Positions 9,243 through 17,940 of a stretch of DNA of 64,000 nt are shown here, one piece after another. The stretch is from a virus. The translations under genes and the position numbers were made by a program. Where the stretch lies: the IMG/VR virus record IMGVR_UViG_3300025137_000023, positions 1 through 64,000 of that record; one strand, written 5' to 3'. Each line of letters starts with the position of its first letter. Position 1 is the stretch's first letter. The notes beneath the pieces are model-generated. The model saw only the letters and a program-made list of their open reading frames with translations. It ran no database searches and was not told the origin of the DNA.

Positions 9243-9974
9243 CTATTTAGATTGTGCTGGAAGGATATAATCGTAAGCAATCATTCCGCTGTCTACAGAA
9301 ATCATACTAGCACCCTCATCTGAGAATCGCATAGTAATCTCGCCTGGAAGACTTAGAATACTAATTACTTGTTGCACGGGCCACTGCCAACCATGTTTCA
9401 ATGTACCAGTAATATCTGGTTGAAAAACAAAGTTACCTGCGTGTGTGCTATGGTCACCAAAGTAAAACTTTAAGTTGCCATCTTCTGTTTTAGCGATAAA
9501 AGTAGTTTCTTCGCTATGTACCTGTGCCTGCATCTTCAGTCTTTGTACTGCCGCTACAGTAGGTTTAATTTCAACGTTCCAGTTAACGCCTTTAAACTTA
9601 ACAGTCTTAAGTTTATCATTAATAACTTCGCTTGTCATAAAACGATAGTCATTTTTAAAGTCGCCTCTTACGTTTTCAAAATACAATCCAACTGGCACTT
9701 CTGCACCGTTACGTTCTTGTTTGCTGATTGTAATTTTTGCATCTTCCTTATATTCTTGAATACCAAGTAAGATTGCTAGTTTGCTTAAATTCGGCATACC
9801 GAATGTTCCCATAAACTCTGCGTATGGGCTTTTTAGTTTAGCCTGTACAATAACACTTCTGTCATCTGCTAAACCTTCAATATTTGTTTCAGTATCACTA
9901 CCGTTAACTTTAATTAAATCAATAAAGCCTAGGCTGTGTGTATGCTGAACAATATCATTTAGATAGTCTTTCAT
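9243..9974 (-). CDS. DNA polymerase sliding clamp (gp45/PCNA-like)
   Basis: 243 aa beta-rich protein ending YDYILPA; directly downstream of PolB. Confidence 0.6.
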   Translation of the reverse strand: MKDYLNDIVQHTHSLGFIDLIKVNGSDTETNIEGLADDRSVIVQAKLKSPYAEFMGTFGMPNLSKLAILLGIQEYKEDAKITISKQERNGAEVPVGLYFENVRGDFKNDYRFMTSEVINDKLKTVKFKGVNWNVEIKPTVAAVQRLKMQAQVHSEETTFIAKTEDGNLKFYFGDHSTHAGNFVFQPDITGTLKHGWQWPVQQVISILSLPGEITMRFSDEGASMISVDSGMIAYDYILPAQSK

Positions 9975-10001
9975 TATAATACTCCATCAGTTAATGTTAC
10001 A

Positions 10002-10030
10002 ATTATACTAATATTTAGGTTCAAAGTCAA
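10002..10030 (-). promoter_or_regulatory. sigma70 promoter TTGACT-17-TATAAT with an embedded TAAATA late motif
   Basis: drives the clamp-DpdA-oxidoreductase operon. Confidence 0.7.
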
Positions 10031-10037
10031 GTGCTTT

Positions 10038-12698
10038 CTACTCAAAACTAAATAAATCGTTAAATTTAGTAGCAGTATTAGAGTCTAACGTTAGATCCCA
10101 CTCTAAAACATCTAGTAAATTGTTAATCTTACTGTCAATTACTGTACTTTCCATAGCACCATCATCAAACGGTAATTCTTTAAACCACTGAGGTAAATGA
10201 GGTTCATCTGTTGGATAAGCCACACTAGTATAACCCAGTGGATTTGCCTTTAGTTTACAAACAATAACTTTAGCACCATCTTTAATTTCTGTGCTATACC
10301 TGTCACTGTTCATTTTACGCAATCTATTCCAGTTCATACTTGCTCTAACGTGTCCTGGCATATTTGCTTTCCCAAGTCTTTCTTCAAGTGCTTGAAACTT
10401 TGTCATATTGTTAGCACGTCTTGGACTTCCTTTTTCCCAAGCCGGACGTAACATAAATTCTTCTTTAAATACTTTTACTTTTTCAAGTGTTTCATCTCTA
10501 CCAAGTCCAGTAAGTACACCTTGTAACACATCACTTAAAAAGTTCTGTACAATCTTAGGTGTATCCGAACGTTTAAGATCAAGTCCCATTGCTTTAATCT
10601 TACCTGGACTATCTCCTGTATCTGTTCTGTAACCTTCCATGTCATAGATTAGAACTGCATATCTTTTCTTTGTAATAAACAATCCTTTAGTAGCAACCAT
10701 TTCTCTACCACCAACAATAATCTCTCCATTCTCTCTAGGAGCATTAAAAGCCTTTTTCATAAAGTTAGGAAAACTCTGGTTAACATTATCTGCAATTTGA
10801 TCATACAATGCAATACAAGTTTCTTTGTTCCATTCTAGTTCACCCTTTTCAACTTTGTCTTTAAGTACGGGCCATGCACTAAAATAAGCAGAGTCAGTAT
10901 CACCATATATAATAGTTTTACCTCTGTGATCATATTCACCTGTCAGACATTCATTAACATATGCGTCCATGTGTTTAGCAATACTTCTACCACATAGTGT
11001 TGTACTCTGACCAATACGTTTATCAAAGAATCTACAACCAGGATTAAGAATTGCACCATATAAACTGTTCAAGTTAATCTTTTTAACAAGTTGTCTTTTA
11101 TCCCAGAACTGTTTTTCTTCTGGAGAAGTTGCACTTGCTTTTACTTTTTGTATGTCTTGTCTTTCTCTATACCAACGTGCTAGTAGTCCAGGAACAACTC
11201 CTTCTTTCTCTGAATTAAAGATTGTACCATTTGCACTTAACATCCACGGTTTGTTACTTAAAAATATAAGTTTATAGATTTCTTTACCAGACATTATATC
11301 ATGAGAACCATCTTCCCACTCGAGAACTATTTCTTTATCAATGTCTTGTGCCATAACTAATTCATATTCAATACTACCAAACATACCTTCCCAAGCATCT
11401 GCAAACGACTTTTTATCATCCATACTACTTTTGACGTGTGTGTTTGTATAGTCAGGACGTAACTGTCCTACAATAGTTTCGTTTCCCATATTAAGGGCTC
11501 TAATAGCCGAAGGATACAAACTGTTAATATCAATACTACCTATCCAATCATGCAATCCTTTTTGAGGATATGCCACGTAAGCACCAGCCGCCTGTGTATG
11601 TCCAAGTTCATCTCTACTCTTACGACTTGGTACTACTAGTCCTTGTTCGTGTGCTTCATTAATAATTGCTTGTTCTGTAACTGCAACTGCACCCATTGTT
11701 GTTTGTAATAACACTGTATTAGAGTGTGCTAGTTCACTACTCAATTCCATAAACTTTAGTTTCTTATCAAGTTTATCTAGTAGTGCAGTATCCTGTCTGG
11801 AGTAATCAATAAACTTTTCAAAGTCATTGTTATATAACTGATCAAGTGTTCCTTCATACTGAACCTTACGTTCATCTAGTTCGTATTCACCGATAGCATC
11901 TAAACTGTAACTGTGCATTTCATGATATGTATATTTTCTATACAGTTGCATATAGTCCATATGCACTCTTCCAATAGTATCAAATGTTAATGTTTCTGCA
12001 CCAAATCTTTCAAACGTTCTTGGCTTAGGATATGCTCCCCATAAACAAAAACGTCTTGTATCATCTTTACTTAACACACGTTTAACTCTGTTTACTAGAT
12101 AAGGAATATCATAACCTTCACTGTTCCATCCTGATAAAATATCAGCATCATCAATTAGTGTTAAGAATGTATCAAGTAATTGCGACTCTTCTTCAAAGAA
12201 GAAACAGTTTTCAAACTTCTCACATATCTTTGTGGATTCTTCTTTATCCATATACTTAGGTGGAATAGCCAACGTAATAAGTTGATCAGTCCATTGCAAG
12301 TATAAAGATATAGCAGTTACAGGATTAAAAGGATCTTCCGGAGGACTAAATCCACGTTCGCTGTCAAAGTCAACCTCAATATCAAAGAAACAAGTATTCA
12401 GTTTCGGTGCATCTTGCCCGAGGTAGTTTTCTTCTAATATGCGGAATACAGGATTAAAATCACTTTCATAAAGTTTCTTTTTGCCTACGAGCTTTAGTTC
12501 TCTACGGAAGTCTTTAATTGTACGGCATTGAATCCTGCTTACAGGATTGCCGTGAATACTTTTATGCTTTCCTTTCGGATCGTCATAGTAAAATATATAT
12601 TTTGCGGGATAATCACGATACTCTCTTTTACCGTGTTTGTTTCGTTCTACGATTTGTATTAAGTCTTTTTCTCTGTCAAAGAGTGCGTCAACGTACAT
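10038..12698 (-). CDS. family B DNA polymerase (gp43-like)
   Basis: exonuclease motifs DIE, GWNSEGYD, YSLD; polymerase motifs DINSLYPS, KINLNSLYG, YGDTDS, KKRY. Confidence 0.97.
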   Translation of the reverse strand: MYVDALFDREKDLIQIVERNKHGKREYRDYPAKYIFYYDDPKGKHKSIHGNPVSRIQCRTIKDFRRELKLVGKKKLYESDFNPVFRILEENYLGQDAPKLNTCFFDIEVDFDSERGFSPPEDPFNPVTAISLYLQWTDQLITLAIPPKYMDKEESTKICEKFENCFFFEEESQLLDTFLTLIDDADILSGWNSEGYDIPYLVNRVKRVLSKDDTRRFCLWGAYPKPRTFERFGAETLTFDTIGRVHMDYMQLYRKYTYHEMHSYSLDAIGEYELDERKVQYEGTLDQLYNNDFEKFIDYSRQDTALLDKLDKKLKFMELSSELAHSNTVLLQTTMGAVAVTEQAIINEAHEQGLVVPSRKSRDELGHTQAAGAYVAYPQKGLHDWIGSIDINSLYPSAIRALNMGNETIVGQLRPDYTNTHVKSSMDDKKSFADAWEGMFGSIEYELVMAQDIDKEIVLEWEDGSHDIMSGKEIYKLIFLSNKPWMLSANGTIFNSEKEGVVPGLLARWYRERQDIQKVKASATSPEEKQFWDKRQLVKKINLNSLYGAILNPGCRFFDKRIGQSTTLCGRSIAKHMDAYVNECLTGEYDHRGKTIIYGDTDSAYFSAWPVLKDKVEKGELEWNKETCIALYDQIADNVNQSFPNFMKKAFNAPRENGEIIVGGREMVATKGLFITKKRYAVLIYDMEGYRTDTGDSPGKIKAMGLDLKRSDTPKIVQNFLSDVLQGVLTGLGRDETLEKVKVFKEEFMLRPAWEKGSPRRANNMTKFQALEERLGKANMPGHVRASMNWNRLRKMNSDRYSTEIKDGAKVIVCKLKANPLGYTSVAYPTDEPHLPQWFKELPFDDGAMESTVIDSKINNLLDVLEWDLTLDSNTATKFNDLFSFE

Positions 12699-12743
12699 TT
12701 CTATTTCCTTGTTCTTATGGCGAACATTGCCTTGTTACTTGCT

Positions 12744-12989
12744 CTATTGAGCGATAAAGTTTTCAATTATGCCAATTAAATAAATTATTGTTAAGCCTGC
12801 ATTTAAAACAATCAACGACTTTTCTTTCCAAAGTACACCAACTAGTACCCAAATTAGGTTTGCTAGTGTAAATGCATAACTATACCAAGGGTATATGTTA
12901 AAACTTGCCATTGTTGCCGCTACTAAAAGTATTGCAGTTCCTGTCCATGCTACCCACTGATGTGGTTTAGCAATTTCTGTCGTATTCAT
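12744..12989 (-). CDS. 3-TM membrane protein
   Basis: paralog of 868..1182. Confidence 0.65.
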   Translation of the reverse strand: MNTTEIAKPHQWVAWTGTAILLVAATMASFNIYPWYSYAFTLANLIWVLVGVLWKEKSLIVLNAGLTIIYLIGIIENFIAQ

Positions 12990-13143
12990 TTTTATCTATC
13001 ATTTCTAATACTACTGCATCCATTTTAGCATCTTTGTATAAAATGTCAACCGTTTCCATTAAGTTTGGATATGTTTTTTCATACAAATAAATTGTTGCTT
13101 CTTGTGTGCCTCTAGTTACTATTGCCTTATAATATTCTGCCAT
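12967..13143 (-). CDS. hypothetical protein
   Basis: ORF; probable start MAEYYK. Confidence 0.5.
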   Translation of the reverse strand: MAEYYKAIVTRGTQEATIYLYEKTYPNLMETVDILYKDAKMDAVVLEMIDKNEYDRNC

Positions 13144-13183
13144 AATGTGCCTAAGTGATAGGGGTGTTGCCACCCCTATACTA

Positions 13184-13726
13184 TTATTTGTTTTGGAGGT
13201 ATGTAATCATATTCTCTGGAGTAGTTTCAACATACGGATCATTATCTGATCCACTGTTGTTGATGCCAGGTTCCTGCCACCATTTTTCAACTATACCATT
13301 ATCAATGACACACATATATCGCCAAGAGCGATTACCAAAACCCCTATGATTTTTGCCGATAAGCATACCCATAAATCTTGTAAAGTTACCTGATCCATCA
13401 GGAATAACTTTCACGTTTTTGATTTTAAGCACTTCAGCCCAAGCATTCATTACAAACGTATCGTTGACACTACAACAATAAATTTCATCAATGCCCATAG
13501 CCTTAATGTCATCATAGTTTTCTTCAAAACTAGGAAGTTGTGTTGATGTACAAGTTGGTGTAAATGCGCCAGGTAAACTAAAAAGTACTACACGTTTACC
13601 TTTAAAGTAATCGTCTGTAGTAGTTTCTGTCCATTTACCTTCGTCAAAACTACAACCATCTTCTAATACAACATCTCCTTCTCTAACTTTAAATTTTGTT
13701 AAAGGGATAGGAAATCCTTCAATCAT
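13184..13726 (-). CDS. peroxiredoxin (Prx5/AhpC-like)
   Basis: LPGAFTPTCT, SVND.FVM.AW and RSWRY motifs. Confidence 0.93.
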   Translation of the reverse strand: MIEGFPIPLTKFKVREGDVVLEDGCSFDEGKWTETTTDDYFKGKRVVLFSLPGAFTPTCTSTQLPSFEENYDDIKAMGIDEIYCCSVNDTFVMNAWAEVLKIKNVKVIPDGSGNFTRFMGMLIGKNHRGFGNRSWRYMCVIDNGIVEKWWQEPGINNSGSDNDPYVETTPENMITYLQNK

Positions 13727-13752
13727 ATCGTCGTCCTATTGTTAGGTTATTA

Positions 13753-14034
13753 TTACCACCAATTTGCCGCTATACCATAACCAAATATGTTTACTAAACT
13801 AAAATAGAATGTAAGTACAGTAACCCAAGCGGCTCCTCTGCGTATTGATGAATAACACTGAGTAACGGATCCTACAAAGAATCCAGGATATACTATTAAC
13901 ATATTTGGATCTCTGGCATTGAATGCCAAAGTTAAACTAGCACCTACTGTAAATACAAAACTTACTAGTTCAAAGTAGAATGCAATTTTATCACTATTAT
14001 AAGAGGTAGCCCAAAAGGCTTTAATCTTCTCCAA
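13753..14034 (-). CDS. 3-TM membrane protein
   Basis: three hydrophobic segments. Confidence 0.6.
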   Translation of the reverse strand: MEKIKAFWATSYNSDKIAFYFELVSFVFTVGASLTLAFNARDPNMLIVYPGFFVGSVTQCYSSIRRGAAWVTVLTFYFSLVNIFGYGIAANWW

Positions 14035-14316
14035 TTACTGTCCTGATCCAAGACCACCAATTTTACCAACTGTTGCTAGAATGTTTTCCATGCTACCATA
14101 ATCTTCTGCATTTTCTTGGAAGTTTCCTTTGTGTGCAGTTCTGATTGCTTTCTTTAGTACTGCTGGTTTAATTTGCATTTCTTCTGCAATCGCTTTTACA
14201 GTATCTGAAAGACCTTCATTTAAATCTTCTACTTCTTGCATCACACTGATGCCCTCATTTATAACTTGAGTTAATTTTGCTTTTTCTTCTGGATTGAATA
14301 CTTTATCTGCACTCAT
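14035..14316 (-). CDS. dsDNA-binding protein (T4 DsbA / GapR-like)
   Basis: helical 93 aa protein with L.D.VK.IAEE..IKP.VLKKAIR pattern. Confidence 0.55.
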   Translation of the reverse strand: MSADKVFNPEEKAKLTQVINEGISVMQEVEDLNEGLSDTVKAIAEEMQIKPAVLKKAIRTAHKGNFQENAEDYGSMENILATVGKIGGLGSGQ

Positions 14317-14396
14317 AATTTCTCCTATCTAGTCATTAGATTGTTGATGTATTAGTTATTATAATACACTAAATGGGAGTGGTTGTCAACCGTATT

Positions 14397-15461
14397 TTAA
14401 GATAATTTAGGATTGAACTGGAATAGCATTTCTTGTGGTTTTCCAGTAGTTACGATTGCTGGGTTTTTCTTTGCAGTTGTTACTTTATTAAAGTCTTCAC
14501 CTGTTCTCATTACACCTATGCAATTATCAGCAATACTAATACCGGCCAATAGTTCCCAGGCTCCGCCCATGTCACTATCTTTATACCATTCAAAGTTTGC
14601 TTGAATATATGCTTTTCTTACTTCATTAGGGTCTACGTTTTTCTTTTGGAACGAACTTACAATTATTGCACTTTTTCCAGGGAAGATTTTATTAAATAAT
14701 TCGTCACCTAGTTTCTTACGTTCTGGAGTATCAACACCAGTTGCATTAACAATACCTACAAAGTTCTCAACATTTAAACTTGCTTGTTTTGTTAAGTATT
14801 CATCTACAGGGCCTGCTAACCATTCATAACTTCTAATGATTTCTAAGATTGTATCTCTACTTGGTATGTTTCCAGTTTCGCCAAACCTTCCACCACCTGA
14901 TCCTTTTTTCTCACCAATTGCGGCTTTAACTTCTACAGGAGTTTTACCTACAGTAACATCTCCTTTACCTTTAATGCTGATAGTTGCACTTAAAATAGCC
15001 AATGCGTGTTCACATGGACCTTTCATAAGTTGTCCAACACCAAAGTCTTTTAAGTGTAAGAATACTTCTTTGTTAACTGCACTATCATAGCATAGTTTAT
15101 CAAGTGTATATGTTCCGGGTGTAATTAATACTTTAGGGTTAATAACTTTATTAGATGCCAAGTTATCAGTAAACTTCATCTTCTCTTGGTAACTTAATGG
15201 AGCCTGAGCAATTTTGCCAGCAATCTTCATAACCTGTGTGTCGTTATATTCGTCTTTGAGTACGGATGGTAGTACAGATGTAAAACGATCCAACACTTGG
15301 CTTTTATTTAAGACTGTGTAGATTTTATCTAATACTGCTTCTGCTTTTGCTCTAGCGTCCTCATCTTTAGAATCAGGGTCTATAGCATTAATACTTTGCA
15401 GAATTTCCTTCTTGGCTGTGCCTAAGTCAGTATATTCTCTTAAAAAATCTCTTGCTCTCAT
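14397..15461 (-). CDS. putative PD-(D/E)xK nuclease-like late protein
   Basis: GPCE...GKGDV.VG..VEVKA motif; MRARDFLRE N-terminus; upstream ATAAATA. Confidence 0.5.
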   Translation of the reverse strand: MRARDFLREYTDLGTAKKEILQSINAIDPDSKDEDARAKAEAVLDKIYTVLNKSQVLDRFTSVLPSVLKDEYNDTQVMKIAGKIAQAPLSYQEKMKFTDNLASNKVINPKVLITPGTYTLDKLCYDSAVNKEVFLHLKDFGVGQLMKGPCEHALAILSATISIKGKGDVTVGKTPVEVKAAIGEKKGSGGGRFGETGNIPSRDTILEIIRSYEWLAGPVDEYLTKQASLNVENFVGIVNATGVDTPERKKLGDELFNKIFPGKSAIIVSSFQKKNVDPNEVRKAYIQANFEWYKDSDMGGAWELLAGISIADNCIGVMRTGEDFNKVTTAKKNPAIVTTGKPQEMLFQFNPKLS

Positions 15462-15491
15462 GGTTAATTCCTATAATATAAAGTATTTATC

Positions 15492-15779
15492 TTAATCAGA
15501 TACTATCTCTACAACCAATTCACCTTCACCTTTGATTACCCTATGATACTCTTTTTTAGGGATAAAATGCGATTCGCCCATTATTAAGTCCTTAGGCAGT
15601 TCATTGTCCATTTGCAATTTCCAACCATTGCTACTAATAACTTTAATAGTACGGTCTTCTTTATCTCGGTGCCATACTAAATCGTCTTCCCAGATTGTCT
15701 CTGGAAATGTTCTAATTCTTGTATTGTTTGAAAGTGTTTCCTCTACGAAAGGGAAAACATTACCACCAAGTTCCGCCAC
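15492..15779 (-). CDS. small cupin-like protein
   Basis: WHRD.EDR and YHRVIKG cupin histidine motifs. Confidence 0.6.
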   Translation of the reverse strand: MAELGGNVFPFVEETLSNNTRIRTFPETIWEDDLVWHRDKEDRTIKVISSNGWKLQMDNELPKDLIMGESHFIPKKEYHRVIKGEGELVVEIVSD

Positions 15780-16335
15780 CGCTTAATCCTAAACTTTTTG
15801 CATAACGTGGTAAACGGCAACTCCAATAACCTGCTTTAGTCTTGTCGTTCTTTTGATCGCAGTTGTGTCTATCTGCAAAGGCTTTTCTTGCCTTTGGATC
15901 TCTTAACTTAACTGCTAATTTTCCACCGCCACTGTCGGCACCAAAGGATACTTTAATAGTATTACCTTTTTTGTTTTTTGTATACACATAAAACTTTTTA
16001 CTGCCACCACGTTTAGGTTTATTTAAACTTACTTTTTTACCTTGATACTCTGCTTCTAAGAATGCTTGATGATTCTCTTCGCTAATAATCATATCTAAAG
16101 GTACATTACCTATTCTCAACTGTTCCCACTCTCCTAGTAGTGTATCGCGAAGTATCTCTTCATCATATGGGTGTAAGTTTTTTAACTTACCTTCTGCATA
16201 TAGTTTCCTTGCATCTCTAAACATCTGAAAGTATTCGTCACTACCTAGACGAAATATACTTTCGTGTAGTGGGATCTTATTAGTTTGGTGGTATTGCACA
16301 CCTTCGTTGACTGGTAATATTTCTTTGTACTTCAT
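15760..16335 (-). CDS. two-module probable internal head protein with a basic C-terminal domain
   Basis: MKYKEILPVNE start; LEAEYQGKKV...RHNC...AGYWSC module. Confidence 0.65.
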   Translation of the reverse strand: MKYKEILPVNEGVQYHQTNKIPLHESIFRLGSDEYFQMFRDARKLYAEGKLKNLHPYDEEILRDTLLGEWEQLRIGNVPLDMIISEENHQAFLEAEYQGKKVSLNKPKRGGSKKFYVYTKNKKGNTIKVSFGADSGGGKLAVKLRDPKARKAFADRHNCDQKNDKTKAGYWSCRLPRYAKSLGLSGGGTWW

Positions 16336-16343
16336 ATTAGTAT

Positions 16344-17054
16344 TTAGCTCAAAAATTTATTAAAGTATTTTGCTAACGCATTATGCCCTAGTTGATTGGG
16401 GTGTTGCGTATTGTCAAATAATGCACTATTCATAGTAAAGTCCGTTCTTTCAAAGTGTGCTTTACGCCAATTACTATCACAGTTCTTATCTAGCCATGCT
16501 TGTCCAAATTCATTAGGTTCTTGTAAGTATCCTAATTCATATACAGGACAGTTGTACATAAGATATCTTTGTTTTTCTTCGAAGTGTAATAAGTTAATTA
16601 AACTATATTGTAAAAAAGGTTCTTGTTTCCTCCAGTAGTCGTCATCTTCGAAGACAGGGATAAAATGTACTTGACAATCCCAGGTTTGTTTTGCTATACA
16701 TTCGATTGCATGGAAATTATATAATGAATACTCCATAACATTCTTTAGTGTTACGCCATCATCAAATACTCTTTTTTGTGCATCTGCATACCAAGGGTCT
16801 GGATGTTGTGATATACATAATTCACTATTAACACTGATGTTAAGTGTCATTCGATTAATGCTTGTAAATGCAATTATAATTGCTTCTACATCTTCATCTG
16901 GGTAATCAAGACTTGCTTCGCATACTTGATCCACTATTTGTCTATTACTTGCTCCTGCATTAGCAAAATTTTTAGTTTCTTTATTTAATAACTCGGGCCA
17001 TGGTTTATGGCTTTGCCATTTTGCAGTCCAACTATCTCCAAATGTAAATATCAT
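16344..17054 (-). CDS. SGNH/GDSL hydrolase-like protein
   Basis: FGDSWT, NFA.AGASN and D...HPN..GH motifs. Confidence 0.7.
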   Translation of the reverse strand: MIFTFGDSWTAKWQSHKPWPELLNKETKNFANAGASNRQIVDQVCEASLDYPDEDVEAIIIAFTSINRMTLNISVNSELCISQHPDPWYADAQKRVFDDGVTLKNVMEYSLYNFHAIECIAKQTWDCQVHFIPVFEDDDYWRKQEPFLQYSLINLLHFEEKQRYLMYNCPVYELGYLQEPNEFGQAWLDKNCDSNWRKAHFERTDFTMNSALFDNTQHPNQLGHNALAKYFNKFLS

Positions 17055-17773
17055 GATACAAATTCTGTAAAAATACTTAACCCTGTTTTCTCTTCCATAC
17101 CATTTTCTAAGAAGTTACTAGCACAATGAAGTCTAGCACAATCAAAGATAATTGCATCTCCAGGTACCCAATTACATTCTGCTTCTACACTAAACCCTTC
17201 CAGCCATTCGTCTTTCATATGACCTGTACTAACATCTGGTACTCTATTGTCTTCGTGCAAGTTGTATACATCTTCGTATGTAAATATTGGTTCATTACCT
17301 TTAGCATACATCTTTGCCGCTTCTTTATTTTTAAAACATTTAACAGGACGATCAAAATACATTTGATCAAATATATAAAATTTAGCATCATCTAACATAG
17401 GCAGTTGATATTTTGTATATACTTTTTCTAAAGGCAATACAATACACTTGCCAGGAATTGTTGCATGATCCTTGGGTACGTCGTTATGTAATATATGTGG
17501 TTTTTTAACTGTAAAGTAATTTCCGCCAAAAGGCTTTACCTTACGTTTAAGTACTTCTTCAACTCTGCTTAAAATATTTTGATAGTGTTTATCTGATTTA
17601 TGTGGTAACTTACTAGCAATAGGACCTGTGACTTTAAATACTTTTTCTGAGTCTGGTCTATCCTTATGAATGTTTAGTAAGTGTATTAGTTCTGGTTCAG
17701 ATAGGAAGTTTTTAAGTTTTAGTGTGGGTGAACAAGTTTCTAAGATTTTTTCTTGTCTGTTTTTGATTCGCAT
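17051..17773 (-). CDS. 2OG-Fe(II) dioxygenase-like protein
   Basis: HND triad start; W.PGD.IIFD..RLH. Confidence 0.65.
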   Translation of the reverse strand: MRIKNRQEKILETCSPTLKLKNFLSEPELIHLLNIHKDRPDSEKVFKVTGPIASKLPHKSDKHYQNILSRVEEVLKRKVKPFGGNYFTVKKPHILHNDVPKDHATIPGKCIVLPLEKVYTKYQLPMLDDAKFYIFDQMYFDRPVKCFKNKEAAKMYAKGNEPIFTYEDVYNLHEDNRVPDVSTGHMKDEWLEGFSVEAECNWVPGDAIIFDCARLHCASNFLENGMEEKTGLSIFTEFVS

Positions 17774-17907
17774 GATTCACATCTACAATGTTTACAAACT
17801 TCTATTTGTCTGTATTCGGCTTGTTGTTCTGAGGGATAGTCTACTACTTCTTTCCAGAGTGGTCCTCCGCAGTGGCTATTGTGTCCGCAATTTTGGCATC
17901 CAGTCAT
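17740..17907 (-). CDS. small Cys-rich zinc-binding protein
   Basis: CQNCGH.SHC and C..CRC..C. Confidence 0.55.
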   Translation of the reverse strand: MTGCQNCGHNSHCGGPLWKEVVDYPSEQQAEYRQIEVCKHCRCESCESKTDKKKS

Positions 17908-17940
17908 TGATTCTTTCTTCATTGACCTAAACACGGTCTA

